Source: Takakia lepidozioides (taxonomy: Eukaryota; Plantae; Bryophyta). Taken from it: 64,000 nt of DNA. The stretch spans positions 39,432,001-39,496,000 of the forward strand of contig CM060732.1 in the NCBI GenBank assembly GCA_030704615.1. Reading direction: 5' to 3'. The notes under the pieces are model-generated. The model did no database searches. It saw nothing but the letters and a program-made list of their open reading frames with translations, and had not been told where the DNA came from. Below are positions 1-13,400 of this stretch, piece after piece. Both the position numbers and the translations under genes were made by a program. Positions within the stretch are counted from its first letter, which is position 1. Every line of letters starts with the position of its first letter.

Positions 1-93
1 GACAATGCCTACTTTTAATTTTACAGTGCCCCATTAGTAACCCCTATAGTTTCTACAACAAACTACCACTTAGGATCTGTCACTTCATTCTGG

Positions 94-459
94 ATGAACT
101 GTTTTAGAACTCCATCTGTCCTTCATTCATCCATCACAAATTGCCTAGTGACTCGTTTTATGGACGTTCCTTCACCTGGATATGGACGGGTGTGCACGAT
201 TGTTACATCTAGATGTGTTATGCAGTACAAGACATATGACATCAGAGTGGGAAACTTTCCTAATTGCAGTTGTCTGGATTTCACTTGTATGTTATCAGCT
301 TGTCTTGGTAGGAGAGGAAAATATGTCCCTGGCAAGCATTTTTATTCCATCGTTCTCATCAGGATGATATGTGACCCCAAACGAGATGAATTTGTTCACC
401 GGGTTATACTATCCTACACCGAGGTTATTACTCCAGTGGGTTTGGAAACTCGACATTGA
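94..459 (+). mobile_element. Degenerate SWIM zinc-finger fragment, probably a Mutator-like transposase remnant
   Basis: YDIRVGNFPNCSCLDF...KYVPGKHFY resembles the SWIM CxC...CxH motif with the third Cys lost. No other domains visible. Confidence 0.5.
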
Positions 460-1069
460 GTATGAGTAGTTGAACAACTCGTTGGATGACATCCACCTGC
501 ATCCCTTCTTCATTCATCAGATCAAAGTGTTTGCTCCATCTCTGCTCATTCCAGGATTTGATGTCAAAACCAGTCAAAACCCCTTCATCCCCATCCGTTC
601 AATACTTTCATCCACAGAAGGACATGTCCCTTCTTTTCGTCTAAGATCATGACACGCATGCTAGTGCCCCAGCTGTGGAACACTCCCCTTTTTAAGTATT
701 CCTCAGTGACACTCCATTCAGTACACTTGGTGATCCAAATTAGGTTCATGACATGGCACTTCATTGTCACTGTCTAGAAACTACCTGCACGTTAAAGATA
801 TGAGATATTAACGTGGCTGATCAACATGACATTTACCGGTGGTTCGAAACACAGAGCTCTTCCTTTTTCTTTCTTCTTATGCTTTACCTTGTTAGCTTCG
901 GTGCATCGTAGCTTGCTCTGTGACTTTGTTCTTTCGTTGTGGATTCAAACTTTCGCCAATCATGGCAGCCCTGGGAGGTTCCCCAGATTGTACCTTCCTC
1001 GTATCTTTTTTTAATTAGAGTAACAGGGCCACCGTGACACCGTCCCCTTTCTTTAAAATCTTGTTTCCA

Positions 1070-1870
1070 GTCCTGCGTTCACATTAGCCATAGCTGAATT
1101 CTCGAGAAAAATCACCGATCAGTCATCTGCGTACATTACCTGCTCTGAGACATTTTGCTGGAAACCGAGTTGCAGCCCAGTAATGCAGTGGGGACGCAAG
1201 GCAAAGAGGTGACCCATTGCATCCGCAGCTATTGGAAAGAGAAAGGAGCCAGAGGGCATCCTTGACGAACAGATCTGGAAAGCGGGAAAGCCCTGGACAA
1301 ACATCCGTTAGCAATAACTTTGCTGGAAGACCCAAGAAGGATCTTGATCCATTTTTAGGAAATTGGCGGTGATGCTGATTCTTTCGATTGCACCAAACAG
1401 ATACTTCCAGCTTAATATACGGTCGATCGAAGCCTAAGAGAACCAAAGGTATCATGGGTTTGCTTCGAAGCTTCTGCATACTGCAAGGCTTCACATGTTA
1501 GAACCACAATGTCCAGGATCATTCTACCCTTCAAAAACTCGGACTGCTTAGGTCCTATGATTGAAGGCCGCAGAATTTGAAGTCTTTTAGCTAGAGCCTA
1601 AGTAGCTATAATATTGTAAGAGGATTCGAGGAGAGTAATGGGTCCGTAGGTAGAGATATATACAATCTTTGGACACACCTCTTTTGAAAATAAGAGAGAT
1701 GACATGACCAAGTGCACTTTGGGATGGCATGTGGGATGGCATGATGTTTTTGGAAATGATGTCCATTGCCATTGAGTAGGAAATCAGGACTCACTGATTT
1801 CCATTCAAAGTGATCTAAAGAAAAATTCCATCTGCGTGCCATCAGGTGATCCTGGAGCTTTGCCTGGGTG
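1070..1870 (-). mobile_element. Decayed L1-like LINE reverse-transcriptase fragment
   Basis: Across frameshifts the minus strand reads KAPGSPDG..., SRSVRQGCPLAPFLFPIAADAMGHL... and QVMYADD (non-LTR RT motifs). Confidence 0.75.
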
Positions 1871-1904
1871 AGTCCATCCAGGGTTAATTCCTCGTTAATT
1901 CCTG

Positions 1905-4900
1905 ATGTGTGAGGTCGGCCCAGAGAGAGGAGTCCTGGAGCACCGATACTTTGGAGGGGATCGTGTTTACATGCTCTCTGATTGCACTGGAGCTACAGGT
2001 CATCTTCGGGATCATCCGAGGTCTTTGAGAATACCTTCACAAACAAGTTTTTGCTGCAGTTTCTGCGATATCCTTAGGTCTGGAGCAGAGAACTCCATCA
2101 GAAGATTTCATGAGACCAGGGATGGCCATGGCCTGCATGGCCCTCTGATTGGCTTTCATAAAAAAGCTTGTGGGGATGTGAGGATGCTGTGTAAGACAGG
2201 ACGACTGAAAGAGGCGCTCCACATATTGGACCACCTAGGCATATCGGCAGACTCCGATACTTATGTCTGGATGCTAAAGGAGTGCATGAACAGGAGACAG
2301 CTAGCAGAGGCCAAGCAGGTGCACACCCATTGTCCGAAGTGGATTCAAGCCAAACATCTATCTTCTCAACACCCTTGTCAACATGTATGCCAAATGTGGG
2401 AGCTTGGGGATGCCCATAAAGTGTTTGAGAAAATGGCTGAATGAAATTTGTTTACGTGGACTATAATGATAGCAGGATATGCCAAACATGGTTGTGGTGG
2501 GGAGGCTTGGAAAATCTACAAGCAAATGCAACAGGAGGGGGTGGCGCCCAACAAGGTCACATTCATTTGTATTCTGAATGCATGTGCTAGCTTGGGAGCT
2601 CTGGAAAAGGGTAGAGAGGTCCATGCTGACATAATCAAAACTGGAATTGCATCTTGTACAGCTTTGGAGAATACGCTTGTCAACATGTATGCCGAATGCG
2701 GGAGCATTATGGAGGCTCGTGAAGTGTTTGACAAAATGACTGAACGAAATGTGGTCTCATGGAACGCAATGATCATAGGATATGCTCAGCACGGGTGTGG
2801 TAGGGAGGCTTTCGAGATCTTTGAGCAAATGATCTGGGAAGGGGTTATGCCCAACAAGGTCACCTTTATTTGTGTTCTCACTGCATGCAGTAGCCAAGGA
2901 GACCTAGTAAAGGTCAGAGACGTCCATGCTGACATCATATTAGCTGGAATTGCACCAGATGTCACTCTGGAGACTGCCCTGACTGACGTCTATGCCAAAT
3001 GCGGGAGCTTAAAAGATGCACGGCAAGTCTTTGACAAAATGGGTAACAGGAATCTGGTCTCATGGAATGCCATGATAATAGGATATTGTCAGCATGGGTG
3101 TGGTAGGGAAGCTTTGGAGATGTATGAGCAAATGCTATGGCGAGGGGTGATCCCCGACAGGGTCACATTCATTTGCATGCTCAGTGCATGTGCCTTAGTA
3201 GGAGCACTGAAAAAGGGCACAGAAGTCCATGCTGACATTATTGAAGCTGGAATTGTGCCAGATATCATTCTAGGCACTGCCCTTGTTCACATGTATGCCA
3301 AATGTGGGAGTATAAAAGACGCTCGTCAAGTGTTTGAGAAAATGTCTGTGCACAATGTGGTCTCCTGGAACACAATGCTCACAGGGTATGCTCAGCATGG
3401 GTTGCATAAGGAGGCTTTTGAGATCTATGAAGAGATGATACAGGAAGGGGTGTTGTGTGATGAGGTTACGTTTGCTTGCATTCTTAATGTGTGGGCCAAA
3501 GGGGCAAAGTGGTCCATGCTAACATCATAAGAAGTGGGATCATGTCGGACATCATGGAGAATACACTTGTTCATATGTATCCCAAAAGTGGGAGCATAAA
3601 AGATGCGCATGAAGTGTTCAACAATATGACTAGACGAGATGTGGTCTCCTGGTGTACAATGATTGCAGGTATGCTTAGCATGGGTGTGGTCGGGAGGCGT
3701 TGGAGATCTATGATGAAATGCAACAGGAAGGGGTGTTCCCTGACAGGGTCATGTTTATGTTCTCTATGCATGTGCCAGAATTGGAGCCCTGGAAAAGGGC
3801 AAAGAGGTCCATACGGACATCATCGAAAGTGGAATTGTGCCAGATATCATTTTGGAGACTGCCCTTGTTGACATGTATGCCAAATCTGGGGATGTAAAAG
3901 CTGCACGTCAAGTGTTCAACAAGATGGCCAAACAAAATGTGGTCTCATGGAGTGCGATGATCGCAGGATATTCTCAGCATGGGTGTGGTAAGGACGCCCT
4001 TCAACTATTCAAACAAACGCAACAGGAAGGCTTGAAGCCGAATGGGATCACCTTTGTATCTCTTCTTTCTGCTTGTAGCCATGTGGGCCTTGTAGATGAA
4101 GGCTTTCACTACTTTAATTCCATGAGTCGTGATCATGAGCTCACTCCTCAGTGGAGCATTTTGGCTGCATGGTGGACCTTCTTGGCTGCGCAGGACAATT
4201 GGATGAGGCAGAGGACCTCATTTTAACAGAATGCCAATCAAATCAGATGCTGGGGTGTGGAGGGCCTTGCTTGGTGCCTGCAGAATCCATGGTGATCTGC
4301 AGGTAGCAGAACGTGCAGCCAAAAACATTATTAAGTGGGATCCACAGCATGCTGCAGCTTATGTGCTGCGGTCAAACATCTTCGCTGCAGCTGGCAGGTG
4401 GGATGATAAAGCAGAGGTGAGAAGAATGATGGAGGATAGGGGTGTAAGAAAGGAGCAAGGGCACAGCTACATTGAAGTCGACAACCAGGTTAGTATATTC
4501 GATCAACCTTGACCAAACATCACCACTCATCCTACTCAAATGTCATACATTTTTTGTGGAAGACCAATTTCACCCAGAAATTTTAGAAATCCATGCTGAG
4601 CTGGAGAGATTGTCCAAGTGGATGAAGCAGGCTGGGTACATGCCAGACACGCACTTTGTATTGCATGATGTGGAAGAGGAACATAAAGAGAATTCTCTCT
4701 GCTACCACAGTGAAAAGCTGGCCATCGCTTTTGGGCTCATCAGCACACCTCCTGGGACACCCCTGCGTGTCATCAAGAACCTTAGAGTGTGTGGTGACTG
4801 CCACACCACCACCAAGTTCATCTCAAAGATTGTTGGCCGAGCTATTGTTTTACGGGATCCCAACCGCTTTCATCACTTCCAAGATGGGGTTTGTTCTTGT

Positions 4901-4915
4901 GGCGATTACTGGTGA
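1905..4915 (+). pseudogene. PLS-class PPR protein with E/E+/DYW deaminase domain (organellar C-to-U editing factor), disrupted
   Basis: Repeating P-L-S motifs (VVSWNAMIIGYAQHG, NTLVNMYAKCGS), E domain (VWRALLGACRIHG), DYW domain with HSEKLA, CGDCH and terminal DYW-stop at 4915. In-frame TGA at 2442-2444, frameshifts near 2330, 2400, 3490, 3670, 3765, 4150 and 4225, and a 52-bp insertion at 4492-4543. Confidence 0.9.
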
Positions 4916-7417
4916 AACAAGCAACATACATAAAATGCTTACGTAAGCAAAGAGCCCCAGTAAATGATTGAAGTATTGAAGCATTGACTGTGACAGTCAG
5001 TGCTGAAGCTGTACATTAAGGAGGGAAAGCCTCCCCTTACACTAAATCAGCACGGCCAACTACCCCATGACTTCAGAACAAAACCGTCACTCCCAAACTA
5101 GACAAGGATATTATGAGGATTAAGAAAAAGGAAGCGCACAGTAACAGCTTTCCAAGGGAAAGAAGAGGAGTCACTGTCTTGTGCAATGGGTGTTGGTGGT
5201 AGGTGGCGTCTTAGCATCAACAGGTTGGGTGAAGGCTCCGTCCTGCTAGGTTGCTTTGTGTGCAGGCCTTTGCTTCTATCCACAACCTTTTGTGAGCTAC
5301 CGGGTTGTTTCTATACCTGGCTTACACTCCCACATGTTTTGGTCCCTCATATCTTCCTACAATGTCATCCATGAACCAACCTGCCATCAATCTTCTTTGC
5401 TTGTTTAAGCCTGCCTCATGTCACTATATCCAGTTCAGTTACCAATAAGAAACAGCTGCAATCCTATTGCACCAGATTAACAATATACTTGTCATGTAAT
5501 AAAATAGGTAGAACTTTCTATTTACTGCACATGTAGGCTAGTATTGACTGCCTTACACTTATAGGATCCCTCTTCCAAGTGTACCTATGTATTGTGGCGA
5601 GTCTAGAGGTGTGATACTCTCTGATGCCATTGTGAAGCCCAAATAGTCATTGTAGCTTAAAGGGATTTCATCAGTGGGAATCTTGTCGCAGCTTCTGTGG
5701 GAGATATTATCTGAACGCACGACAGAAAAGTGTTCCACTTTTCTTTGGCTATCATACTTGTATGACATCAGTCACACGAGAGTATCGAGTGTTGCTTTCT
5801 TGTAGTGAAATCCCATGTGCAACCCCAACAAAGTGACAACTGCATCTGTCAGGCATCCAGTAACACCTTGCTCTTACTGGCCATGGTTCTACTCTTATAT
5901 CAGTCCATCAAGCTCAAGTACACAACCCTCACCATCACTTCGAGGGGGTGGACAGGACCAACAAAACCAGTGGTCTAATCTTGATTAGCAGCTTTACATC
6001 ATTGTACAATCCAATACAAACTGGAGATCCGAAGACTATTCACAGTCTCGGAGTCGATATACAGGAAAGGTACAAGTCACAACTCACACTCGACGTTGCC
6101 TGAGAGACTAAGTTAGGGCATGAATAGGCAGAGTGCTGAAGCTGCAAAAAATCTGTTCATGGGAGATTATTACTATTTTTATTATTATTTATTCCCAAAT
6201 AAATAAATAAAGACTGTGACATCAATGGGACAGAAAAAAACAAAAAACAAAAGAAAAAAAAAAGGGGGACAGAAAATGCAGGGACATTCCCGGTGGATGG
6301 ACAAACATCTGCAATTGCGAGGAGTTACCGATGGCACGTGTCATAAGCGACGGAACCTCGTAATCCGAAGCAAGTTCAGGCTCGGAAGCTGTTGGCAGAG
6401 ACCCCGGGCCTGCACCCTACCAAACAGATGCCGTGCCGAACCTGGTACTGAAGCTCCGCAAGGTGGTCCGGCGCTGTGCGAGTGTTTGACGTGGCTCAGG
6501 GTGTGCTGCTGGGACTCCTTCGCAGCGTTGAAGGATTCTTTGCAGGCCAGCTCCATCGCTCTGGTAGCCCTCCAATTTGCTTGTCTGGGGTTTTCTGGCA
6601 CCTCGGAGGCTTTGTCCATTCTCAAGTTGCTCCCTTTCCGCAATTTTTGGTGGAGATACTTGCTTCCCCTGATCTTTGACCTGTACGACTCATCGTCTGC
6701 TAATTCTCTTGGTCACCGACCTCAGACTAGAATTGCTGAAGACTGACGGGATTTTGAGTCGGTTACCGTCTGCATCCCGTGCTGCAGACTCTGTTGCTCC
6801 CCTAATTGAACCCTATCCTTCGGTGACTGGAGCAGTATGTCTCTGTGCCCTTTTCTGTATTCTGTTGCTTGATCTTGTGCATGTTTAGTATGTGTGCATG
6901 CTTATGTACAGAGTGGTGGTTCCGATTTTGACTTTCTACCCGACACCCTGCGGACCTCGTTTCCTATCCACCGGCCTTTTGTCTCTGCCAGCAGCTCCTC
7001 TCTTCACACTTGTCTTCCTCCTTGTTTCCTTTTCCTTTGGTCTACTTGCCATGGATAATCCTGTGTGATCGGGGCCCTTCTTACTCGCAGTCGAACACCA
7101 TTGCCCAATTATACCGTCTTGTTTTTCATTTTGCGAGGGTTATTAATGAGTCTGCCAGTGCGCAGTTGCCTATTCTTGGCTTCCAATTAGATCTTCCTAA
7201 ATTCTCCTCGTGAGGCAAAATCCTTTCCCGTATCTGATCGGTTCGTAGCTTTAACCTCTCTCACCCTGTCTGCAATTTTTGGCCTCTAAACTTCTTTGCT
7301 CTTTCCACTTTTATTTTTCTGTTCAACATCTAATTGCTAATTTGCTCACCTTTTTGCCTTGTCTTCCTCTTGTTTGTTCGAAATTTCTTCTCCCTGCTGC
7401 CATTATCTCCTCCAAAG

Positions 7418-10400
7418 ATGGAATCAGAAGACGAAATGCAGGACTGGCCCGGAACATCAGATGGAGAGTACGACGATAAGAATGAAGAAGAGGACGAGGA
7501 CAGTGACACGATTGCCCTGGATGATGACAATGATGAGTCTGGCTATCCCTTCGACGATGATTCAAGTTCTGATGAACATCCTAGCTCTCGGCTTCCTCAG
7601 GTGCCTTGCATCCTCTAAGCTCTTAGCAGTCTTGGAAGAACAGGGGTGTTAGGGAGGGTAGAATTATTGAAGCTGAATTGCAGTCGCTGAAACTAGAACT
7701 CGCCAACCCTCAAGCAATTTGGCAGGTCTGCTCCGGGCTTCTCGCCAGAGCATGGCCTGCTCTGTCTGATGTTGCTATACTCAAATGCAACCTTTGCCGC
7801 CACCTTCTGGTTCCCAATGCTCTATAGAAGAAGAGAAAGGGGAACTGGAAAGGGCAGAAAGTTGTTATCAAGGGGGGGCTGGCAGCGTGTAATAATGGAG
7901 CCTGTGGCTGAAAGTGATGTGTAGGCTGTTCCTATGTAGCTTTCTACTGCTTATTACTCCATTTGGTTGATGCCTTGCAGACCCGATACACAGTCCTTGG
8001 TGAGAAGGATATTTTCCAGCGCCAAGAAGAAGCCGTTGCAACTATCACAAATGTCCTTTCCATACCACCTGCAGATGCTGCTATTCTTTTGCGACACTTT
8101 AAATGGTATTCTCTCTCTCTCTCTCTCTCTCCGTCTCTCTGTCTCTTGCAAGAGGCTCTCCCTCATTTTGTCCAATCGCTCCAAGAACTTCAGTCTCGCT
8201 CTGACAACGCAAGAAATGAAGTCGAAAGAGCAGTGGACTCTTGGGAGAGTTTCGTTTCCTCCGTGGCTGACAAGATCATTGGGAGGAAACTATTTGTCTG
8301 CAGTAGAGCTGTTAATTGGTGGACCAATGAGATTAAACTCAAGATAGCTGAGAGACAAGCAATCTATAAAGAGTGCTGCAATTTGAAAACCAACAGAGAA
8401 TTGTGGGCGAGGTACTACCAGCTCCGTAAAGATATCAATCAGCTTGTTAGGTCTCAGAAGAAATTATACTGGGACAAGTTATACAGTGAAATAAACTCAA
8501 ACCACCATGGTGGTAATGACAAGTTTGTACAAGCCGAAAAACGGTCAGCAAGTACAAGCGTTGAAGACTACTAAAGGTGCAGTGGTGACTTCATTTCTGC
8601 TGAATGGAGGGACACAGTTGGAAAAAGTGTTCCTATGATTCAAAACAGCCCTGATGAACTGGAGTATATTTCAATGGCTTATAACGCTCCCATTAGTTCT
8701 TCTGAGATTGTGGAAGCAATTGAACATTTAAATGGATATAAAGCTGGTGGACCTGATGGTATTGTCAACGAGCTTATCAAGCACGGTGGTGATCCCATGA
8801 TAGAGGCCCTAGTTCTCCTCTTTAACCTTATCTGGAAGACTGAAATGATCCCCTTTCGCTGGCGACAGGGGGTCATTGTCAATCTATACAAGAAGGGTGA
8901 CAGAGAAGAACCGGGGAACTACCGTGGCATCACGCTCCTCAATGCTGTTGGCAAGACATTCTGCAGAGTACTAAGTACTCGTCTCGAGGTTGACCTGGAG
9001 TCTAGAGGTTGTTTCCACGAAGGCCAAGCTGGCTTTCGGTGAAACAGGGGCTGTGTGGATCATATCTTCACTCTAAGCCAGATTATCCAGGGAAGGAAAA
9101 AAGAAGGGAAACCCACTTATGTTTTTTTCCTGGATGTCAAAAAGGCTTATGACACAGTGTGGAGAGATGGCCTATGGTTCCGTCTCTGGTCTTGTGGGAT
9201 CAAGAGAAAGATGTGGAGAGTTGTCCACAACTTGTATGCTCACACCAAAAGCTGTGTCATTGTTAATGGACAGAAGTCCAACTTCTTCGACATAGACCAA
9301 GGTGTAGCTCAAGGATGTACTCTCTCCCCTCTGCTCTTCAATGTTTTCATCAATCAACTCCTTGAGGATGTGGAAAGTGAGGGATTTGGGTTAAGGGTGG
9401 GTGATACCACCATACCAGCCCTTATGTTTGCGGATGACTTCGCAGGCATAGGGGAGACTCCAACCAATCTCCAGGAGTTGATTGATTGCGCGAAGAGATA
9501 CTTTGATCTTTGGGGGCTAGAGGCTAATGTCAGCAAATGTGCAGTGGTGGCATTCAACGACAGAGGAGAGGGAGGAAGTGATCTTAAGTGGCAGTGGGGT
9601 AGCCAAGAGATCCCGGTCCTCCCTTCCTACACTTACCTGGGCGTTGAGTTTTCCTCCAATTGTAATTGGGATGCACATATTCGGAAAGTTGTTCAAACTG
9701 GCAAGGGCAAAGCTCTGGGGCTCACTAAATTTTTCCACTGCAGAGGGTCAACTCTGAGGTTAAGAAAACCATGCTTTGTCGCGTTATTAGACCTGCCTTG
9801 GAGTACGGATCTGCAATATGGGTTGATAACTCCAACCAGGCTAAGTCTCTAGAATCCATTCAAGTGGGGGTGCTTAAGGAGTGTATGTCAGCATGCTCCA
9901 AAACAGCCAATGTGGCTGTTCGGGGTGAGTTTGGCATTCCGTCCTTAAGCTCCCGACGAGATGAATTCAAGGTCAGATGGTGGGGTCAGCTGCAACATAT
10001 GCCCAACACCAGATATCCTAAGTTAATCGACTCTGTATCTTGGAAACAGGACCGCCCTGTCAAACAGGCTAACTCCTGGCAGAAGAGAGTAGAAGAGATT
10101 CTCAAGGACCTGGACCTGGATCCGCAAGTCTTGACCCTGCTGGATAAATCTGACTTAGAGGCTGTAGTGTCCAAAGCCATGTCTGTTGCCATGAGATTGT
10201 CTGATGAAAATGAAGTTAGGCAGAAAACTTCCCTGAACTTGTTTCCAGTCAGTGACATGGGGGAGGAGTCTACCCACTCTCGGCACTAGACTGGAATTTA
10301 AACTCAGAAGCCTACCTTTGAACAGCAAACAGAAGCAGAGAGGAAAGGGAGAGTGCAATTGCCCGTTGTGTGGGCAATCTGAAGACAGTTTTCATTTTCT

Positions 10401-13400
10401 GATACACTGTCCGGGGTTCTCTCACCAAAGAGATGCTCTCTTCTAATCTATCAAGGGAATTGTGCCTGTACCCCTGTTTACCAACTTTGAAAGTCTCGAG
10501 GCTGAGCCAAAAGCCCAGGCCCTCCTGAGGCCTAGTTTTTGGGCAAATCACACACAGCCGATTGATGCTTGTGTGAAGGGATTTCTAGAGGATATCTGGA
10601 AAACCCGGATTAATTCTATATATGAAGGTAAGTCTTACTACCAACGTCAGCCCCTGACAGAGGTAGGTTCTGTCCCTTTTGTTCCCGCTCAAACTGGGCG
10701 CGGGGTCAATGGCCACCAGGCTACGGCAAACAACGTCTTATGAGTACAATCTCTCCGTCTCTCTCTCAGGGCTGATGCTTGTGTAAAGGGATTTCTAGAG
10801 GTATCTGGAAAACCCGGATCAATTGTTTATTCCAAGGTCAGTCTTACTACCATCAGCGCCTGACAAAGGTAGGTTCTGTCCCTTTGTGGTCCGCTCAAAC
10901 TGGGCGCGGGGTCGATGGCCACAAGGCTACGGCAAACAATATGAGTACATTCTCTCTCTCAGGGCGGGAAGCCTAAATTTGAAGAGCAAACGAGAGGAAA
11001 GGGGAATTGCAAATGCCTGTTGTGTGAGCAACCTGAAGACAATATCCTCTTTCTGATTCATTGTCATGGGTACTCTCACCAGAGAGACACCCTCTTCAAA
11101 TCCATCAAGGGATTTGTTCCTGTACCTCTGTTTACCAACTTTGAAATTTTTGAGGCTCAGCCAAAAGCCCAGGCCCCTTTTGGGGTCTAGTTATTGGGCA
11201 AATCACACACACCAGTTTGATGCTTGTGTAAAGGGATTTCTAGAGGATATCTGGAAAACTCGGATTAATTGTGTGTTCCAAGGTAACTCGTACTACCGGC
11301 GTCAGCCCCTGACAAAGGTAGTTTCTGTCCCTTTGTGTTCCGCTCAAACTGGGCGCAGGGTCAATGGCCACAAGGCTATGGCAAACAACGTCTTATGAGT
11401 ACATTCCTTCTCTCTCTTGTACCTCTCCAACCCTGGTGGATGTGATCCACAAAAGGCTCCAGGAGGGTTAGTTTCCTGCGGGGCCAATGGTTGTAGGACA
11501 AGCCAACGTTGGCAGGGAATGGCATGAGTACATTCTTACAACTCTCCACCTTTTCGGTATTCTCTGGGTGTACGCAGTTGGGAAGTTTTTTAGTTTCTGT
11601 AAGTGTGAATGCTTGTATTGTAGCTGAAAGTCGTCTGTAGCAATTCCTGGAGTGGATTATCTTGAGACTGGAAAGCAATTGGTATCTATTAGGTTTTATT
11701 TTTCAGATGTCAAAAGGCCTAGTAACTTTCAGGTTTATCCATGGAGAACCCGTAATTCTTTTTGCAGGCTTAAATTTTGCTGGATCTGAATTCCAGCCAA
11801 GACCAAAATGCTCAAGCTGGAGACAATACGGAAAACATCCGATTTTCCCTCTCTACTAGTCCTCTGTCACATTTGGTGATGAGCCTTGTCCACAATAGGC
11901 CATCACTTCTGTAATAGATCTCCTTCAATTTGATCACAGATGAAATGATATTAGAGGGGACTAGAGGGAGAGAGTATGAGAGGGGTCAGAGAGGACGGGA
12001 CTTCTCCCAGCTGTTGTCTCTGGCAGTCTGTTTCTAAGTCCCATAGGGTGAACTGTTTGTAGTTGACCCTAGCATGCTAGGGAAAGTGTATTACAGAAGC
12101 TCCCCAGCATATTTTTATAGTCTTATCAGCAATTCAGAACTAGATGCCGGTAGTATTACTTACCTTTGCAACAGACAATTAACCCGAGTTTTCCAGATAT
12201 CCTCTTACAACTAGAGAGAGAATGTACTCATAAGACGTTGTTTGCCGTAGCCTTGTGGCCATTGACCCCGCCCCCAGTTTGAGAGAGAGAGAGAAAGAGA
12301 GAGAAGATAGCTGAATGGACTCTGTTATGGTTTCTTCGCTAGGCTTTCTTCAGTCGTCAACATTTGGTCATGGCGCAGTGACAGGGTTGTACATTTTCAC
12401 AGCAGTGTGCATTGATGCTGTAATGCATGGTTATTTTTGCAGGAGTGTGAGCAAAGTCAATGATGAGTGGTTTGCTGATGAGGAAAGAGTACGGGCAAGT
12501 GTTGGGCTCCTTGAGAAAACGTTGCCACACAGGAGACCTACTGCTAAGGAGGTGAGTTGGCCTTGATGTTGTCAGTCACTGGTTGAATTTTTCCTGACGG
12601 TGGCTGGAGGCACATTCAAACGTTGTGTTGACTGTTGCTGGTGCGTAGTTTCATCATGGGTCTGATTTAGTACTAGCTGACTCAACAACTTGGATCATTG
12701 TACCAGCTCACGTGTGGAATCTGCTTCGACTTGCATCCTAGTGAGAAGATGAAGGCACCGGCTTGTGGTCACTTCTTTTGTGACACGTGTTGGACAGGTT
12801 GGCAATGTTTTGCTTTGGCATACATGCTGTTGTAGATTGTACACTCTCAGATGTGGCGTGTAAACATTCTGTTGTTAACAATGGGACCACTTTGCTATTC
12901 CAGCCTCAGCCGTCGGGAAATTTCAGGTTTCTGAGCATGATCCTGTTGACCTTGTTATAGAATATTCTGTGGAACTAAAAACTTGGGTTAGTGGCCAACT
13001 TGAAGGCTTGTTGAATACAAGTACAGCTTTGGTCTCCTCTTCCTATATTTGGTGCTGTTTTCATTTCTGTAGTCATCTAATTTTTCTGTTGGAGAGTCTG
13101 CTGCCTAATTCTCTGGTAGGGCTTCTGAGTGTTAGTGCCTTCTGAAGATCTGCATAGTGCTGTGTGATTCATCAATCATCACTTTCTGTCAATTCTCAGC
13201 TGAAGCTTTACATATTTTTAACTCTTTGGTTTGCCAGGGCACAAAGGTCAGCAAAATGACGCTGCCCTTGTCAATCCAGCGTTTTTTTATACTACAGCAA
13301 GTCTTCAATAGATCTCGTGCTCACAAGAGAATCAGCCATCTGCAGACGTTTTTGAGGTGAGACTTGGGGACTGGAACCCTTTGAAAGATTCTGAAGTGGA

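Noticed and set aside
2442-2444. PPR stop codon repaired by U-to-C editing
   Set aside because: This is a nuclear gene and several frameshifts coexist. Simple CGA-to-TGA decay suffices.
6216-6746. 176-aa and antisense 100-aa ORFs upstream of ARI
   Set aside because: No recognisable motifs. The region looks like the ARI promoter/5' UTR.
10736-10748. CTTATGAG at the RTE-like LINE end as a hammerhead core
   Set aside because: It mismatches CUGAUGA and has no downstream stem II or GAAA.
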